Positions 36,674 through 48,549 of a DNA stretch of 64,000 nt are shown here, in pieces. The translations under genes were made by a program, and so were the position numbers. The stretch comes from Octopus sinensis (Eukaryota): assembly GCF_006345805.1 (NCBI RefSeq), contig NC_043017.1:18538001-18602000 (forward strand), written 5' to 3'. Below the pieces are notes generated by a model. The model had not been told where the DNA came from, did no database searches, and saw only the letters and a list, made by a program, of their open reading frames with translations. The first letter of the stretch is position 1, and every line of letters begins with the position of its first letter.

Positions 36674-36770
36674 TCAGAGACTTCACAAATCAAGGATTTT
36701 GATTTGTTGCGAATGTTCTGTGGTGCTATACTTCCCATGAACTTCTTGTTCTTCAACATCACCCAAGATT
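36674..36770 (-). CDS. PIH1D1: PIH1D1 exon 6 (KSWVMLKNKKFMGSIAPQNIRNKSKSLICEVS)
   Basis: 97 nt, ttaccag/GTAAGT, phase 1/2; resembles human WRMMKNRPFMGSISQQNIR. Confidence 0.93.
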
Positions 36771-37435
36771 CTGGTAAAAATGAACAATTGGAATAAAGAA
36801 ACACAAGATGACAACAGTTAGCAGCAGCAGCACCATGCCCTACCTCAATGAAAATTCACATATCAACCTCTTTCAATATACAAACATATCTTATTTTAAC
36901 AAATTTTATAAATTGTTTTAAGATCTCTACCTGTTCATCGATAACAACAACAACAGTCAAGTAACTGGGGTTAAGGCAACTCATCTACAACAGTAGCCAC
37001 GCCAAAAGAACCATCTTTCTCTCTTCTTTTCCCTGTCTACTGCTCTTCATCCCTTCCTGTACTGTCAGTCATCACCTACTTTCCCCAGCTCATATGTATT
37101 ATCAATTACCCCTTCATCCTTGCCTACCATTCATTACATCCACTCCCGAACCCTACCCAAGACTTACAGTCACCACCTACCCTTCATATATTCCCTCTCA
37201 TCTATATTTGCCATTCCTCAAAACTGGTTCTTCATCCATTGAAATCACTCCCTCACCATATACTTTGAGGGTTCACCATGATACTTCACCACCATTTTTA
37301 TCCCTATCCAGCTTCAACCTCATCATTCCCATCCTCTCTTCAATAATGTGGGTAGCCATGTAGCTTTTACAACAAGAAACCTGTTCTGTTCTGCTCCCTC
37401 ACCACCATCTCCCTACTGTAGTTCCACTCAGTCAA

Positions 37436-37640
37436 TTAGGATCTTAGTCTTGCAGGTTGGCAGTGGCAACAATTGGTTGGTGCTTTTTGCATGCTTTTTG
37501 TCCCCAGTAGGGGTAGGAGCTTTCTAAACTTTGCCCAGGCTATTCTTATTCTAGTGGTAACACTCTCTGAGCATCCACCCCCACTACTAACTTGGTCACC
37601 TAGGTAGCGGAAACTATCAACTACTTCTAGTTTCTCCCCG
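37436..37640 (-). mobile_element. RTE-type LINE remnant (post-RT region)
   Basis: [45 protein letters not shown]. Confidence 0.8.
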
Positions 37641-37721
37641 TGTATATATATATATATATACATACACACATATACATACATACATATATATATATATACA
37701 TACATACATATATATACATAC

Positions 37722-37755
<34 letters not shown>

Positions 37756-37789
37756 ACATACATATATATATACATATATATATACATAC

Positions 37790-37850
<61 letters not shown>

Positions 37851-38218
37851 CATACACACACATATATATATACATATATATATTATTTAATTGAACATGA
37901 CATCCATTTCCAAGTATATATATATATATGTTTGATAAGTGTCAATTCTTAGCCCTTGCGTCACTCTGTTGCTTCTGCTAAATATTAATAAATAAAATAC
38001 ATATACTCATATTTCGAGTTCTATTTTCCCTGTTTGCATCACACATGAATGTATATATGTGTGCTTGTGTACGCATGTATGTGCATGTGTGTGCGCGTAT
38101 ATATATGTACATCCACAGAATATAGGACTATAACAATACATAGTTCATTTTAAATGATTTTCCAGACTCTACCACAAAGCTTAAAAAAAAAGCCAAATGA
38201 AACTCATGCTTTACTCAC

Positions 38219-38362
38219 TTCGTTTTAGCTTCATTTTGTATTTTTCCTCCAAACCTTCCATAGATATCGATATCATAAATACTCGGAACAACTCATTCTT
38301 CTGGATCTTTTCGAAAAACTTTGGATTGATGACAATATCATAGACTGTACAGGCTTGGCCAC
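38219..38362 (-). CDS. PIH1D1: PIH1D1 exon 5 (SGQACTVYDIVINPKFF...EGLEEKYKMKLKR)
   Basis: 144 nt, cctag/GTGAGT, phase 1/1; resembles human GQGCTAYDVAVN...EGLEDKY. Confidence 0.95.
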
Positions 38363-38390
38363 CTAGGGTGGATAAAAAAAAATCATTTAA

Positions 38391-38611
38391 CCCTTTAGTG
38401 TTCGCATTATTCTGCCAAAATTAATGCTTTTTTATCCACATTGTTTCAAACTAATCAGGCATTATCTTGTAGCTATGAGATTTTGATGAGGTAGCTGTTA
38501 ATTTTTAAAATGACATTGTAGGGTCAGTGTGAGAGGCCAGATCTGGCCAGTTTGAACATAAAACAGGCTGAATACTTTTGGCCGGATATGGCTGGTTTAA
38601 ATGCTAAAGGG
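38391..38611. mobile_element. piggyBac-like MITE, second family; related copies at about 55550-55770 and 60020-60255
   Basis: TTAA|CCCTTTAG...CTAAAGGG|TTAA. Confidence 0.75.
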
Positions 38612-40328
38612 TTAAACCCTAATCAAGCTCGATCAGATAATTGATGACAATGGCAGGAAGTGTAACAATTCAAAAATATTATTATTATTATTATATTATT
38701 AAGGCAGTGAGCTGACAGAATTGTTAGCACACCAGACAAAATGTTTACCGGCATTTCATCCATCTTGACATTCTGAGTTCAAATTTCGCCGAGGTCAAAT
38801 CTACCTTTCATCCTTTTGGGGTCAATAACATAAGCACCAGTTGAACACTGGGGTCAATGTAATTGACTCATCCCCATCTCCTGAAACTGCCCCTGTGGCA
38901 AAATTTTGAAATAATTATTATCATTATTATTATTATTGAGTTTTTTTATTGCCCACAGGGGGCTAAACATAAAGGAGGCAAACAAGGACATACAAAAGGT
39001 TTAATTTGATTATATTGACCCCATTGCATAATTGGTACTAATTTAATCAACCCTGAAAGGATGAAAGGCAAAGTCGACCTTGGTGGAATTTGAACTCAGA
39101 ACGTAACAGCAGACAAAATACCACAAATCATTTTGCCCAGCATGCTAATGATTCTGCCAGGCTTGCTGCCCTATCATTATCATTATTAGGGTGGTGAAAG
39201 GCAATGAACTGGCAGAATCATTAGCATGCAGGATGGAATGCTTAGTGGTATTTCACCCATCGAGTTCAAATTCCGCTGAGGTTGACTTTGCCTTTCATCC
39301 TTTTGGGGTCAGTAAATTAAATACCAGTGAAACACTGGGGTTGATGTAATCGACTAGTTCCCTCCCCACAAATTTCAGTCTTTGTGCCTTTAGTAGAAAG
39401 GACATAGGATGTCACCGAGGGTCGTTCATTGACCTAATAATACAAGGACAGAAGGATATTTGTCATCAATTCTCCAGAATGTTGGATAATGGACTCTCTC
39501 TCCTCTCCACCAATGAATAAACACAGAGAAGACAATGAGAGAGCATCAAAATGATTACTTAAATTACTAGATATAAAAATCAAATCTTTTGTATCAAGTT
39601 ATCCTCTCCAAAAGGGAAGGACAAGGTGGTCACATTGAGATTGGATTTGACTATAGGACAGGCGGATCAAGGCTAACCAGTGGCTAAACAAAATAGTAGG
39701 CAAAGATGACCTTAGCAGAATTTGAACTCAGAGTGTGACGAACCAGAACAAATAGCACAAACAATTTTACTTCATGCTCTACCAATTCTGTCAATGCATG
39801 TCCTGGATTGATATTTTATTTAATTGATTCAGGAAAGATTAAAGGCAAAGCTGATCTTGTTGAGATTTGAACTTAGAATGTAAAGAACCAGAATGAATAC
39901 CATCAGGAACTTTGATGCTCGATTAATTCTACCAATCCCCTGCCTCCCAGACAAAATCCTGAGATTTAATACATATTTCTTTACTACCCACAAGGGGCTA
40001 AACACAGAGGGTACAAACAAGAACAGACAAATGGATTAAGTCGATCACATCGACCCCAGTACGTAACTGGTACTTAATTTATCGACCCCAAAAGGATGAA
40101 AGGCAAAGTCGACCATGGCGGAATTTGAACTCAGAACGTAACGGCAGACGAAATACTGCAAAGCGTTTCGCCCGGTGTGCTAACATTTCTACCAGCTCGC
40201 CGTTTAATACAATCAACTAAAACTCCTTGTAGATGTTGTGCCCCAGTATGACCACATCACAATGATTGAAATTAGTAAAAGAATAGATAAAACAAACAGA
40301 CAGAAATAAAAATAAGAGCTAAAATTAC

Positions 40329-40446
40329 TTTTATCGAGTTCTGGGTGAGATTCTCCGAGACTCATCGGGATTCGGTAATCAGTTGGAACTTCAGAATCCA
40401 GCAATTCCATTAATTTCTCGTCAGATATTTCCTCAGGTATTGGAAC
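40329..40446 (-). CDS. PIH1D1: PIH1D1 exon 4 (VPIPEEISDEKLMELLDSEVPTDYRIPMSLGESHPELDK)
   Basis: 118 nt, tttcag/GTAATT, phase 0/1; RIPMSLGE-H-ELD motif. Confidence 0.95.
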
Positions 40447-41025
40447 CTGAAACATCAACAGAAAAATGTTGCTGTTATTATTGTTCTTGATGTTGTAGTT
40501 TAGCCCTGGGTCAGAACTGATGAAACAGACCAATCATCAAAGGTGTTCTGGTTCTGACCAACCAGTCATTTTCTGAGGCTCAGAACCCTCCCCACTGGAA
40601 CAATAGCAACAAGGAAGGTCACATAAGATAATGTAGTCCTAGATACACTATGTCTTAAAAAAAAAAGACACAAAGGTCACAGATGGAACATTGTAGATCA
40701 TAAATCTGCTGAATCATGGGGTTAACAGCAACAACAACAAAGGACACATTAGAAAATGTACTCCTAGATGCACTACATCAATAAAAGACAAGATGGTTGC
40801 AGCTGGAACATCTATGATCATAAACCTGTAGAATCAGGAATGTCCTCAGGTTAAATGGTAACAAGGAGGAACATTAAATAACATAGTGCTTGATGCACTT
40901 TATTTGAATACACAATGGTGGTCACAGTTGGAATGTCTTTGATTATATATTCGCTGAATCAAGCCTGAGACCCAGCATTAAACATGAACAATAATTTAAT
41001 TAATACAATTTCCAAATATACGTAC

Positions 41026-41093
41026 ATTGTCAGCTTGACAAATATTAATGAAGACTTTTTTATCTTCTTCATCTTTCACTTTGATACAGAAAC
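41026..41093 (-). CDS. PIH1D1: PIH1D1 exon 3 (GFCIKVKDEEDKKVFINICQADN)
   Basis: 68 nt, ttttcag/GTACGT, phase 1/0; the GFCIK and KVFINIC motifs are PIH-N hallmarks. Confidence 0.95.
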
Positions 41094-41961
41094 CTGAAAA
41101 TTACAAATGAAACCATCAGAACATATAATAAACACATTAATACTATATATAAGCAAACACACAAATACATATTGGTTTTAAATTTTAGCCCAAGGCCAGC
41201 AATTTAGGGTGTGGGGTTAAGTTGATTACATCAACTCCAGTGCTCGGATGTTCAAGTTCAACTGGTATTTATTTCATCGACCCCCAAAAGGACGAATGGC
41301 AAAGTCAACCATTACTATCTTATTGACTCCAAAAGGATGAAAGAAAGAGTTTTGGTACTCAAGTTCAACCCCAGTGCTCTGGTATCCTGAGTTCAACCGG
41401 TACTTATTTTATCAATCCCAAAAGGATAAAAGGCAAAGCTGACCTTGGCAAAATTTGAACTCAGATCATAAAAACAGGCAAAATGCTGCTTAGTTCCTCT
41501 GGGTATTAGAGAAAAATGCATATGGCTGGACTTGAGCCTACAGTCCCAGTCAACTCATTTTTGAAATAAAATGTCTTGGTCAAGAACACAACACACCACT
41601 GAGAATTGAACTCAGGAATGTGGGCCAAATACCTGAACCACTAAGCCATGCACCTTCACATTTCATTCCATAGTTACATACATATTAGACCATCGCAGAA
41701 TATAATATTACAAATAATTAATGATTTCTAATATAAACAGTACTTGTCTGGGTGGATCTAATTGTAGGATTTCACAACTGAGTAAAGAGGACCATCTTTA
41801 GTTAATGCAAGACTTACATATAAATACAGGGCCCAGTAACCCTTGAGTAAAGGACCAGCTTATATCTGAATAAGGAGTACACCTCAATATTTATATTTGA
41901 GTAAAGGGGTAAATCTGAATAAAAGTGACAGACTTAGACCTGTGTAAAAAGGTCCACTTAC

Positions 41962-42031
41962 CAGGTTTGGGTGTAACTTGTAAAAAAGTGGCAGGTTTGA
42001 AGAGATCTGATGGTTCTGGTTCATGCTGAAG
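41962..42031 (-). CDS. PIH1D1: PIH1D1 exon 2 (LQHEPEPSDLFKPATFLQVTPKP-G)
   Basis: Acceptor at 42032 (alternative in-frame acceptor gives exon start 42025), GTAAGT donor, phase 0/1; QVTPKPG precedes FCIK as in human QPQPGFCIK. Confidence 0.85.
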
Positions 42032-42474
42032 CTGTGTTTAGTACATATAGAAAATGGAAAGTTCTGGATGAGTTTTGAAGAATTAATTGGAAGAGAAAAT
42101 AGCATATAATCGTTTTAACATGGATCTTTCACCCTCGTACTTTAATTCTTTATTTTACTTAATAAAAATCAAATGGCTTTCAGATTTCAATGTCAAAGAT
42201 TCAGAATCTGAAAATTTCTTTTAATTCGAAAAAAAAGTTTTAAAAATTATTTTTAGTTAGAAACAGATTTAGGTCAGGATTTTGTATGTGTGTGCGCCGT
42301 GTGTAAATATTTCTTTTGCTCTCATACATCACTACCCATTTCCATTCCCTGTGGCAGGGTTTTTGAGGGCTAGTCGCTATTGCAAAATTACACCAAAATT
42401 AGGTTGTTTTGTTTAAAAAAATAAGGGGTGTGGGTGAAAATTGGGGTTAACACTCAATTCGGTTTAAAGGTGAT

Positions 42475-42851
42475 ACTCTTTCACTTGTTTCAGTCAGTTG
42501 ACTGCGGCCATGCTGGAGCACCGCCTTTAGTCGAGCAAATCGACCCCGGGACTTATTCTTTGTAAGCCCAGTACTTATTCTATCGGTCTCTTTTTCCGAA
42601 CCGCTAAGTGACGGGGACGTAAACACACCAGCATCGGTTGTCAAGCAATGCTAGGGGGACAAACACACACACACAAACACATATATACATACATATATAC
42701 GACAGGCTTCTTTCAGTTTCCGTCTACCAAATCCACTGACAAGGCATTGGTCGGCCCAGGGCTATAGCAGAAGACACTTGCCCAAGATGCCACGCAGTGG
42801 GACTGAACCCGGAACCATGTGGTTGGTTAGCAAGCTACTTACCACACAGCC
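42475..42851 (-). mobile_element. Near full-length tRNA-derived SINE (family A); further copies at about 10335, 19710, 49025, 49330, 50015, 53360, 58645, 63070
   Basis: Head GGCTGTGTGGT (A-box-like) and GGTTCAGTCCC (B-box-like), central CA/TA microsatellite, 3' GGTGCTCCAGCATGGCCGC stem-loop tail. Confidence 0.85.
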
Positions 42852-42909
42852 GTATGATTTTTCGGTAGTTTTTGATGTGTTTTCGACGAATCTGACCATC
42901 AAAACCATC

Positions 42910-43225
42910 GGAAATCAGTCGTTCTTTAGATAAACCCGCCTTGCAGGTGAAACGGATGTAAAAGTAAAAATCTACCATCTATCCAGCTACCTTCTCCGCC
43001 TACAAGTCCTGGGAAGGTTATGGGGGTAGAGAAGCAACAGTCATTAGACTTTCCGGCTGGATTCCCAAGCATGAGACAATGGATATTATCTGACCATCTT
43101 GTTCTTGGTGGTCTACTCTTAGGTCTCCTACTGGATAGCTCAGCTTGAAGAATCTGTCTTGCGATTCTTTTCATGCGACAATCTAACCGCATGTCTGTAG
43201 CACCGGAGCTGTGACCTCTCAATGC
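42910..43225 (-). mobile_element. Degraded RTE-like LINE 3' coding remnant in PIH1D1 intron 1
   Basis: RMKRIARQILQAELSSRRPKSRPPRTRWSDNI resembles the RP-GRP-RW-D C-terminal motif. Confidence 0.55.
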
Positions 43226-43524
43226 GGAGAGGTAGCGGTTCGACCAGGAGCGATTTCTTGATCTCCGAGCTACGCAGACTGTCGAGTAACGTTACTCCAG
43301 AGATCCAACGAAGGAACACCAGGAAAATAATATTAAATTAGATGAATCGCCACAGAACAAAGAAAACGGTTGTAATTTGGTAGAATCATTTTCAGAGTTA
43401 CACCACAAACAAACAAACAAGATGTGAAAATACAATAACACGGACACTTCGCCCATTATTCCCCCTTCCTATTTGACCATAAGCCTCTAAAAACAATATC
43501 AGTGAAAACATGGTTAATATTTAC

Positions 43525-43596
43525 GCTGTCCAGGAAGAGTTTTTCATAGTCCAGCTCCTTTGATTCAATGTTTAATAAAGATGAATCTACAGACAT
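43525..43596 (-). CDS. PIH1D1: PIH1D1 exon 1 (MSVDSSLLNIESKELDYEKLFLDS)
   Basis: acaacATG start, 72 nt, GTAAAT donor, phase 0; joins in frame to the next exon; ETS motif about 30 nt upstream. Confidence 0.8.
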
Positions 43597-43660
43597 GTTG
43601 TTTCAGTTTGGCTTGGAGACCAACACTTCCGGCTGAGCACGCGCATTCACCTGTTAATGT
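43597..43660 (-). promoter_or_regulatory. Putative PIH1D1 proximal promoter / 5' UTR
   Basis: ETS/GABP-type CCGGAAGT (forward acttccgg 43625-43632) in a CpG-containing patch just upstream of the ATG. Confidence 0.5.
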
Positions 43661-43859
43661 TCCCCGCTAACATTATATCTATCTATCTATCTCTCCCCCC
43701 CACCACCACCACCACCTTTCTAGTTACTCTTGCTAACATGCATACTCTAATGAATCAAAATGTCTTAATTAATCTCCACCAAATTACATTCTATTTTTTA
43801 ATTAATATTCATTAGCATTTCTTGATGAGCTGTAGTGCACCTGAGCACTGTACACAATG

Positions 43860-43895
<36 letters not shown>

Positions 43896-43999
43896 GATAG
43901 ACAGACAGACAGACATATAGATAGATAGAGAGACAGACAGTTAGACACACACACATACATACATACATACATACATGGATGCCTACATACATGCATACA

Positions 44000-44190
44000 T
44001 ACATCTGGATAAACTGGGATTTTCAGAAAGAGAAATCGACCAGCTGATTCATACATTACAAGTGCAATCTGTAAGTGGAACAGTAAAAATATGCAAGACT
44101 TTTCTCAAGTTCCAAATGTAAATTTGTCTGTGTTAATTACATCCCAAAGATGGAGCCTTGTATCTATGTTGGTAACCCGCTCCCTCCTCA
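44000..44190 (+). mobile_element. Second, shorter 3' end of the same RLE-type retrotransposon family
   Basis: LDKLGFSEREIDQLIHTLQVQSVSGTVKICKTFLKFQM*; clearly homologous to 45330-45520. Confidence 0.7.
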
Positions 44191-45019
44191 GTGGAAGATT
44201 TATAATGATAACAAAATAGAAGAGACACAGATATGTAAGACCATTCAAATAAATGAGATTTATACAAGTACACAGTTTTTATTATTATGATTATTTGTAC
44301 AGAATATTCTCTTTAAATCCCTGTCTGACATGCGTTTCTGCTGCATAAAATATCTTGCTATATGGTGTTCATTTGCATCCTGTTGGTTCATCTGCATCCA
44401 GATTTCATCCTGATTAAAACATATCCATGCAACTTTATTCAAAGTGTTGTCATTATTAAAACTTGAAGAGAGGCGGCGAGCTGGCAGAATTGTTAGCACA
44501 CTGGACAAAATGCTCAGTGGTATTTCGTCCATTACTACATTCTGAGTTCAAATTCCGCCCAGGTCTACTTTACCTTTTATCCTTTCGGGGTCAAGAAATT
44601 AAGTACCAGTTGAGTACTGGGGTCGATCTAATCGACTATCTCCCTTCCCCAAGTTTCAGGCCTTGTGCCTTTGGTAGAAAGGATTATTAAAGTTTGAAGC
44701 AAAGTTAAATTCTTATCTGTTCTCTATGGCAATTCATATATGAACAATGACATTGCATCTCCTACAAAACTTAACTTAAGATCAAACTGGAGAGGTAGCA
44801 GAGAGGAAGCATTTCAAATTGTGGGAGGATACAAAAATTCATATGAAAGGCACCACACCCTGTAAAGAGGTTGATGTTAGGAAGGGCATCCAGCCATAGA
44901 AACCATGCTGCAACAGATATTTGGAGTCTGGTCAGCTCCTTGTCAAACTGCCCAACCCATGCCAGTATAGAGAACAGATGTTAACTGATGGTGGTGGTGA
45001 TGATGATGATGATGATGAT

Positions 45020-45520
45020 GAAGAATTCTCTTGTTATTGGATACATACACAAATATGAGCACGAGAAATACTGGTGGAACATTGCTATCAAAACTTCCGT
45101 CAAGTGTAAGCATAACAGGTTGGATGTTGTTGTTGGGGACATATATGAAGAAGTATGTACCATCAAAGAAGTCAGCTGGCCTGCTGATGTGAATATCTCT
45201 TTGAAAATCAAAAGAAAGAAAATAACTGTGAATGACTGCTTCAAAATCTCCAGTTTGTACATCAAGATTACAAATTTACATTTGTACCAATAATAATTGG
45301 TAAACTTGGTTTTGTAAGTAAATATCTATCAGTTTGGATAAGCTTGGATTTTCAGAAAAGAAATCAACTGATTCGCACATAACAAATGCAATTTGTAAGC
45401 GGAACAGTAAAATTATGCAAGACTTTTCTCAGGTTTAAAATGTGACATTGATTTCATAAGCTATTATTCCAAAGATGGAGCTTTGTATCTTTGTTAGAAA
45501 CCAGCTCCTTCTTCCAAGGA
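45020..45520 (+). mobile_element. Remnant of a restriction-like-endonuclease (R4/Dong/NeSL-type) non-LTR retrotransposon C-terminus
   Basis: HEKYWWNIAIKTSVKCKHNRLDVVV...CTIKEVSWPADVNI resembles the RLE PD-(D/E)xK region; followed by a frameshifted LDKLGFS...SGTVK..KTFL terminus. Confidence 0.7.
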
Positions 45521-46048
45521 AGAATTTATATATATTTTGCCAACTTAGTAGAAATGCTTCACTAAGGAGTTCCAATAAGGTCGAAACATGCTAGTTGCAT
45601 CTCAACCACCACCACAACTACCACTCTGAAGAATGCAGTCCCTAGCAGACAAAAAGACGGGATGGACACGACTGGAGTGTCATTGATCATTGGTGTCTGC
45701 TTCATCCAAGCTAAAAACTTAGTTATCAATCGACGTATTAAGAATGGCAACCAAATCTCCCTCAAGTCACATTCTACTGTCATAAACTAGGAAGAACACA
45801 CGGGATAGCATAGTCCCAGATATACTGCGACTGAAAAATGTGTCGAGATGGTCACGATTGGAACACCATTAATTGAGGCTGCTCTACTTTGGGCTCAACA
45901 CCACCACCATTATCATCATTCCAAGAAAGATGTCAACATCACCTTCACTGCCATTACCATTACCACCATCTTCATCATCGCATCACTACAAACACTACTT
46001 CAAAGAAAGTACCACCGCCGCTACTACCTGCACCACCACTATTATTAC

Positions 46049-46278
46049 CTATTTCTTTACTACCCACAAGGGGCTAAACACAGAGAGGACAAACAAGGAC
46101 AGACATAAGTATTAAGTCGATTACATCGACCCCAGTGCGTAACTGGTGCTTAATTTATCGACCCCGAAAGGATGAAAGGCAAAGTCGACCTCGGCGGAAT
46201 TTGAACTCACAACGTAACGGCAGAAGAAATACTGCAAAGCATTTCGCCCGGCGTGCTATCGCTTCTGCCAGCTCGCCG
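46049..46278 (-). mobile_element. tRNA-derived SINE (family B); further copies at about 1150-2050 (cluster), 13090, 38700-39400, 39974-40202, 41170-41490, 44472-44690, 62130
   Basis: Head GGCGAGCTGGCAGAA, B-box-like GAGTTCAAATTCC, body ctttcatcctttcggggtcgataaattaagtaccagtt. Confidence 0.85.
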
Positions 46279-46429
46279 CTACTATTACCAACAACAACAA
46301 CACGTCCACCTCCATCACCATTCCCACAAGAATGCCACCACCACCACTACCATCACATGATCACCACAGTAGATGATAAATCTTTCTCCCCCACCCCTTC
46401 TACTCCATCGTTTGTTTTTCCTCAGTGGG

Positions 46430-46500
46430 AAAAGGAGTGGAAACGAAATAACAAGTGTTTTCGCGCAAACTCACGAGTTTGAGAAAACTAACCTTGTGCT
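46430..46500 (+). promoter_or_regulatory. Putative ALDH16A1 promoter region
   Basis: E2F-like TTTCGCGC at 46459-46466, about 190 nt upstream of the ATG; motif evidence only. Confidence 0.3.
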
Positions 46501-46650
46501 TATACACACAGACACACAGACACACATATATATTTATATTATAGTTGTTGAGTATATAAACATATATAAGTATATATAGATATACAAATATATGTTTATA
46601 TTAACTTTTATTTGTCTGAATAATTAGTTTTATAGGTGCTTATAATTATT

Positions 46651-46743
46651 ATGTCGTCCCAAAGCAATTCCCTTTTCCAAACCCAAACTATTTTCGACTC
46701 CCTCAGCTATGGTCCCGCTCCAGAAGCCGACACCATCGTCCAG
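46651..46743 (+). CDS. ALDH16A1: ALDH16A1-like aldehyde dehydrogenase, coding exon 1 (MSSQSNSLFQTQTIFDSLSYGPAPEADTIVQ)
   Basis: IFDSLSYGPAPE matches the ALDH16 N-terminal motif (human IFTSLEYGPVPE); CAG/GTAATA donor; possible upstream acceptor tatag at 46635. Confidence 0.85.
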
Positions 46744-47012
46744 GTAATAATCAAATATTTATTCTACATTTTCGATCTTTCTTCTTTGTCATTTTACAGT
46801 GTTTTGATTCAGTTTTGCGTTAATCATTCAATCAATCACTTAATCAGACATTTATTCGAATACCCTGACAATGTATAAACTTGTATTAGATATATAATAA
46901 CTTTCTTTCTTCGTAAACTTTTTAAAAAGTTGTGTTGTTTAACTCCAGGTCAGTTTGTGTTTGAGTCAATCTATCAGATGAACAAAGACGTTCCAGACTC
47001 GACCAACCCGTT

Positions 47013-47075
<63 letters not shown>

Positions 47076-48348
47076 ACTTTATTAAACGTGTCTTTTTTCA
47101 AGACGATACGATGCAAAGCTTTTGACTGCTATTTCTAATTAACAGAATGACCTCTGAGAGGCCCTCATGTATAAAGTTGTTAATTGCAAGGTAATTAGTG
47201 TCAAAGTCCGTTTAAGCTTGATTTTGTTTATCTCCAGGTCAGTCCTGATCAAATAGACAGACCTGTGATCAAAGTCATTCCAATCGTAACCACCTCGCCT
47301 GTTTATATTTTCTTTAACGTATCTACGACTACATCAACCAATATGTCGTTTCTTTCCTTCTGACGACCTCATAGAAGCTCCCTCGATGGTTCGTCTCTCT
47401 TTGGGGCTGAAGTTGTGGTATAGTTTGGTACTGATGGTGGCTAACAGAATTGATTGGGATGCTGGATAAAATTTCTTTGCTGACACTTCGGTCGTTTTTT
47501 ACTTTCATTCATTGAGGTTCGATTAAATAAATATATATAGTAGGTTCAATGTGTGTGGCACATAGAATTCATTATTAAAAAAATGACAGTTCTTTATCAA
47601 GTGATCCACCCCCTGTATCTCTAAAACAGGGAACAGACAGTTCAGTATTGTTGCCCTAAATCGTTAATCGATCCCTCGCTCTCTCCTGTTCTGGAGTGGA
47701 GATAAGCCTGACAAATAAATGCCCAACACCATAATATTTGGGTGTATACATTTTACCCCTGTATGAAATTAGCAGCTGAATAATTCCCATTTCTTTTGCG
47801 AGGGCGTTAGACAAGTTTAAATCTTTAAAACCATCTTGATTTTTATTTTAAACACTGCAGTTTGTCTACTGATTTTAAATTCTCTTAGCCCTCCATCTCC
47901 CACGTGTTAGGTGGGGGCTGCCCCATGTGAGAAACTCAGATGTATTCAATTACATACCCCTGGTTGCTCCTTCCCCCAAACTTTTTCGGGGTTAATGCTA
48001 GCATTAATAATTGTTTTCTGATTTAGACGTGAGGCCGGCAAAGAGGGTTTGTTAATGTCATTGATCCTGTAATTGACTGATACTTTATTTTATCGACTTC
48101 TGAAAGGATGGAATGAAAAGTTGACCACAGTGAAATTTGAACTCAGAACATAAAGACCCAGAAAAATACAATTTTATTATGGCGAAATGAAAAACAAAAT
48201 GAAAGTGAACGTTCGTGACCTAGTGAAAAATAGTTAGCATTTTAGTTTATCGGTTTTGTTTTGGCCAAATCTTCCTTACATAACTCCACATTGTCTTAAA
48301 AGGAAACTTAAGATCATATACCCCTAAGTGTAGTATGTCTGAATAAAG

Positions 48349-48549
48349 CAGTGGTTTTCAACCAGGGTTCCGCTAGTACAGTTCAGGGGTTCCGCAAGAA
48401 GTTACAAAACTGCTAAAATCGGCAGTAATTTTTAATTCTCCTGTGCAGATATGTGTGCATAAGACAATTAAATTATTGCACAGGGGTTCCTCGAGCCAGT
48501 GGAATGTTTCCTTGGGGTTCCGCTCCAGCCAAAAGTTTGAAAAGCACTG
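48349..48549. mobile_element. hAT-type MITE
   Basis: TIRs CAGTGGTTTTCAA/TTGAAAAGCACTG; perfect 8-bp TSD GAATAAAG. Confidence 0.85.

Noticed and set aside
42780-42851. tRNA gene-like A/B boxes (also in other SINE heads)
   Set aside because: No cloverleaf; they are heads of multi-copy SINEs.
44260-44462. ORF ...NQDEIWMQMNQQDANEHHIARYFMQQKRMSDRDLKRIF as an extra PIH1D1 5' exon
   Set aside because: It ends in a stop with no donor and lies upstream of a satisfactory PIH1D1 start exon; no homology recognised.
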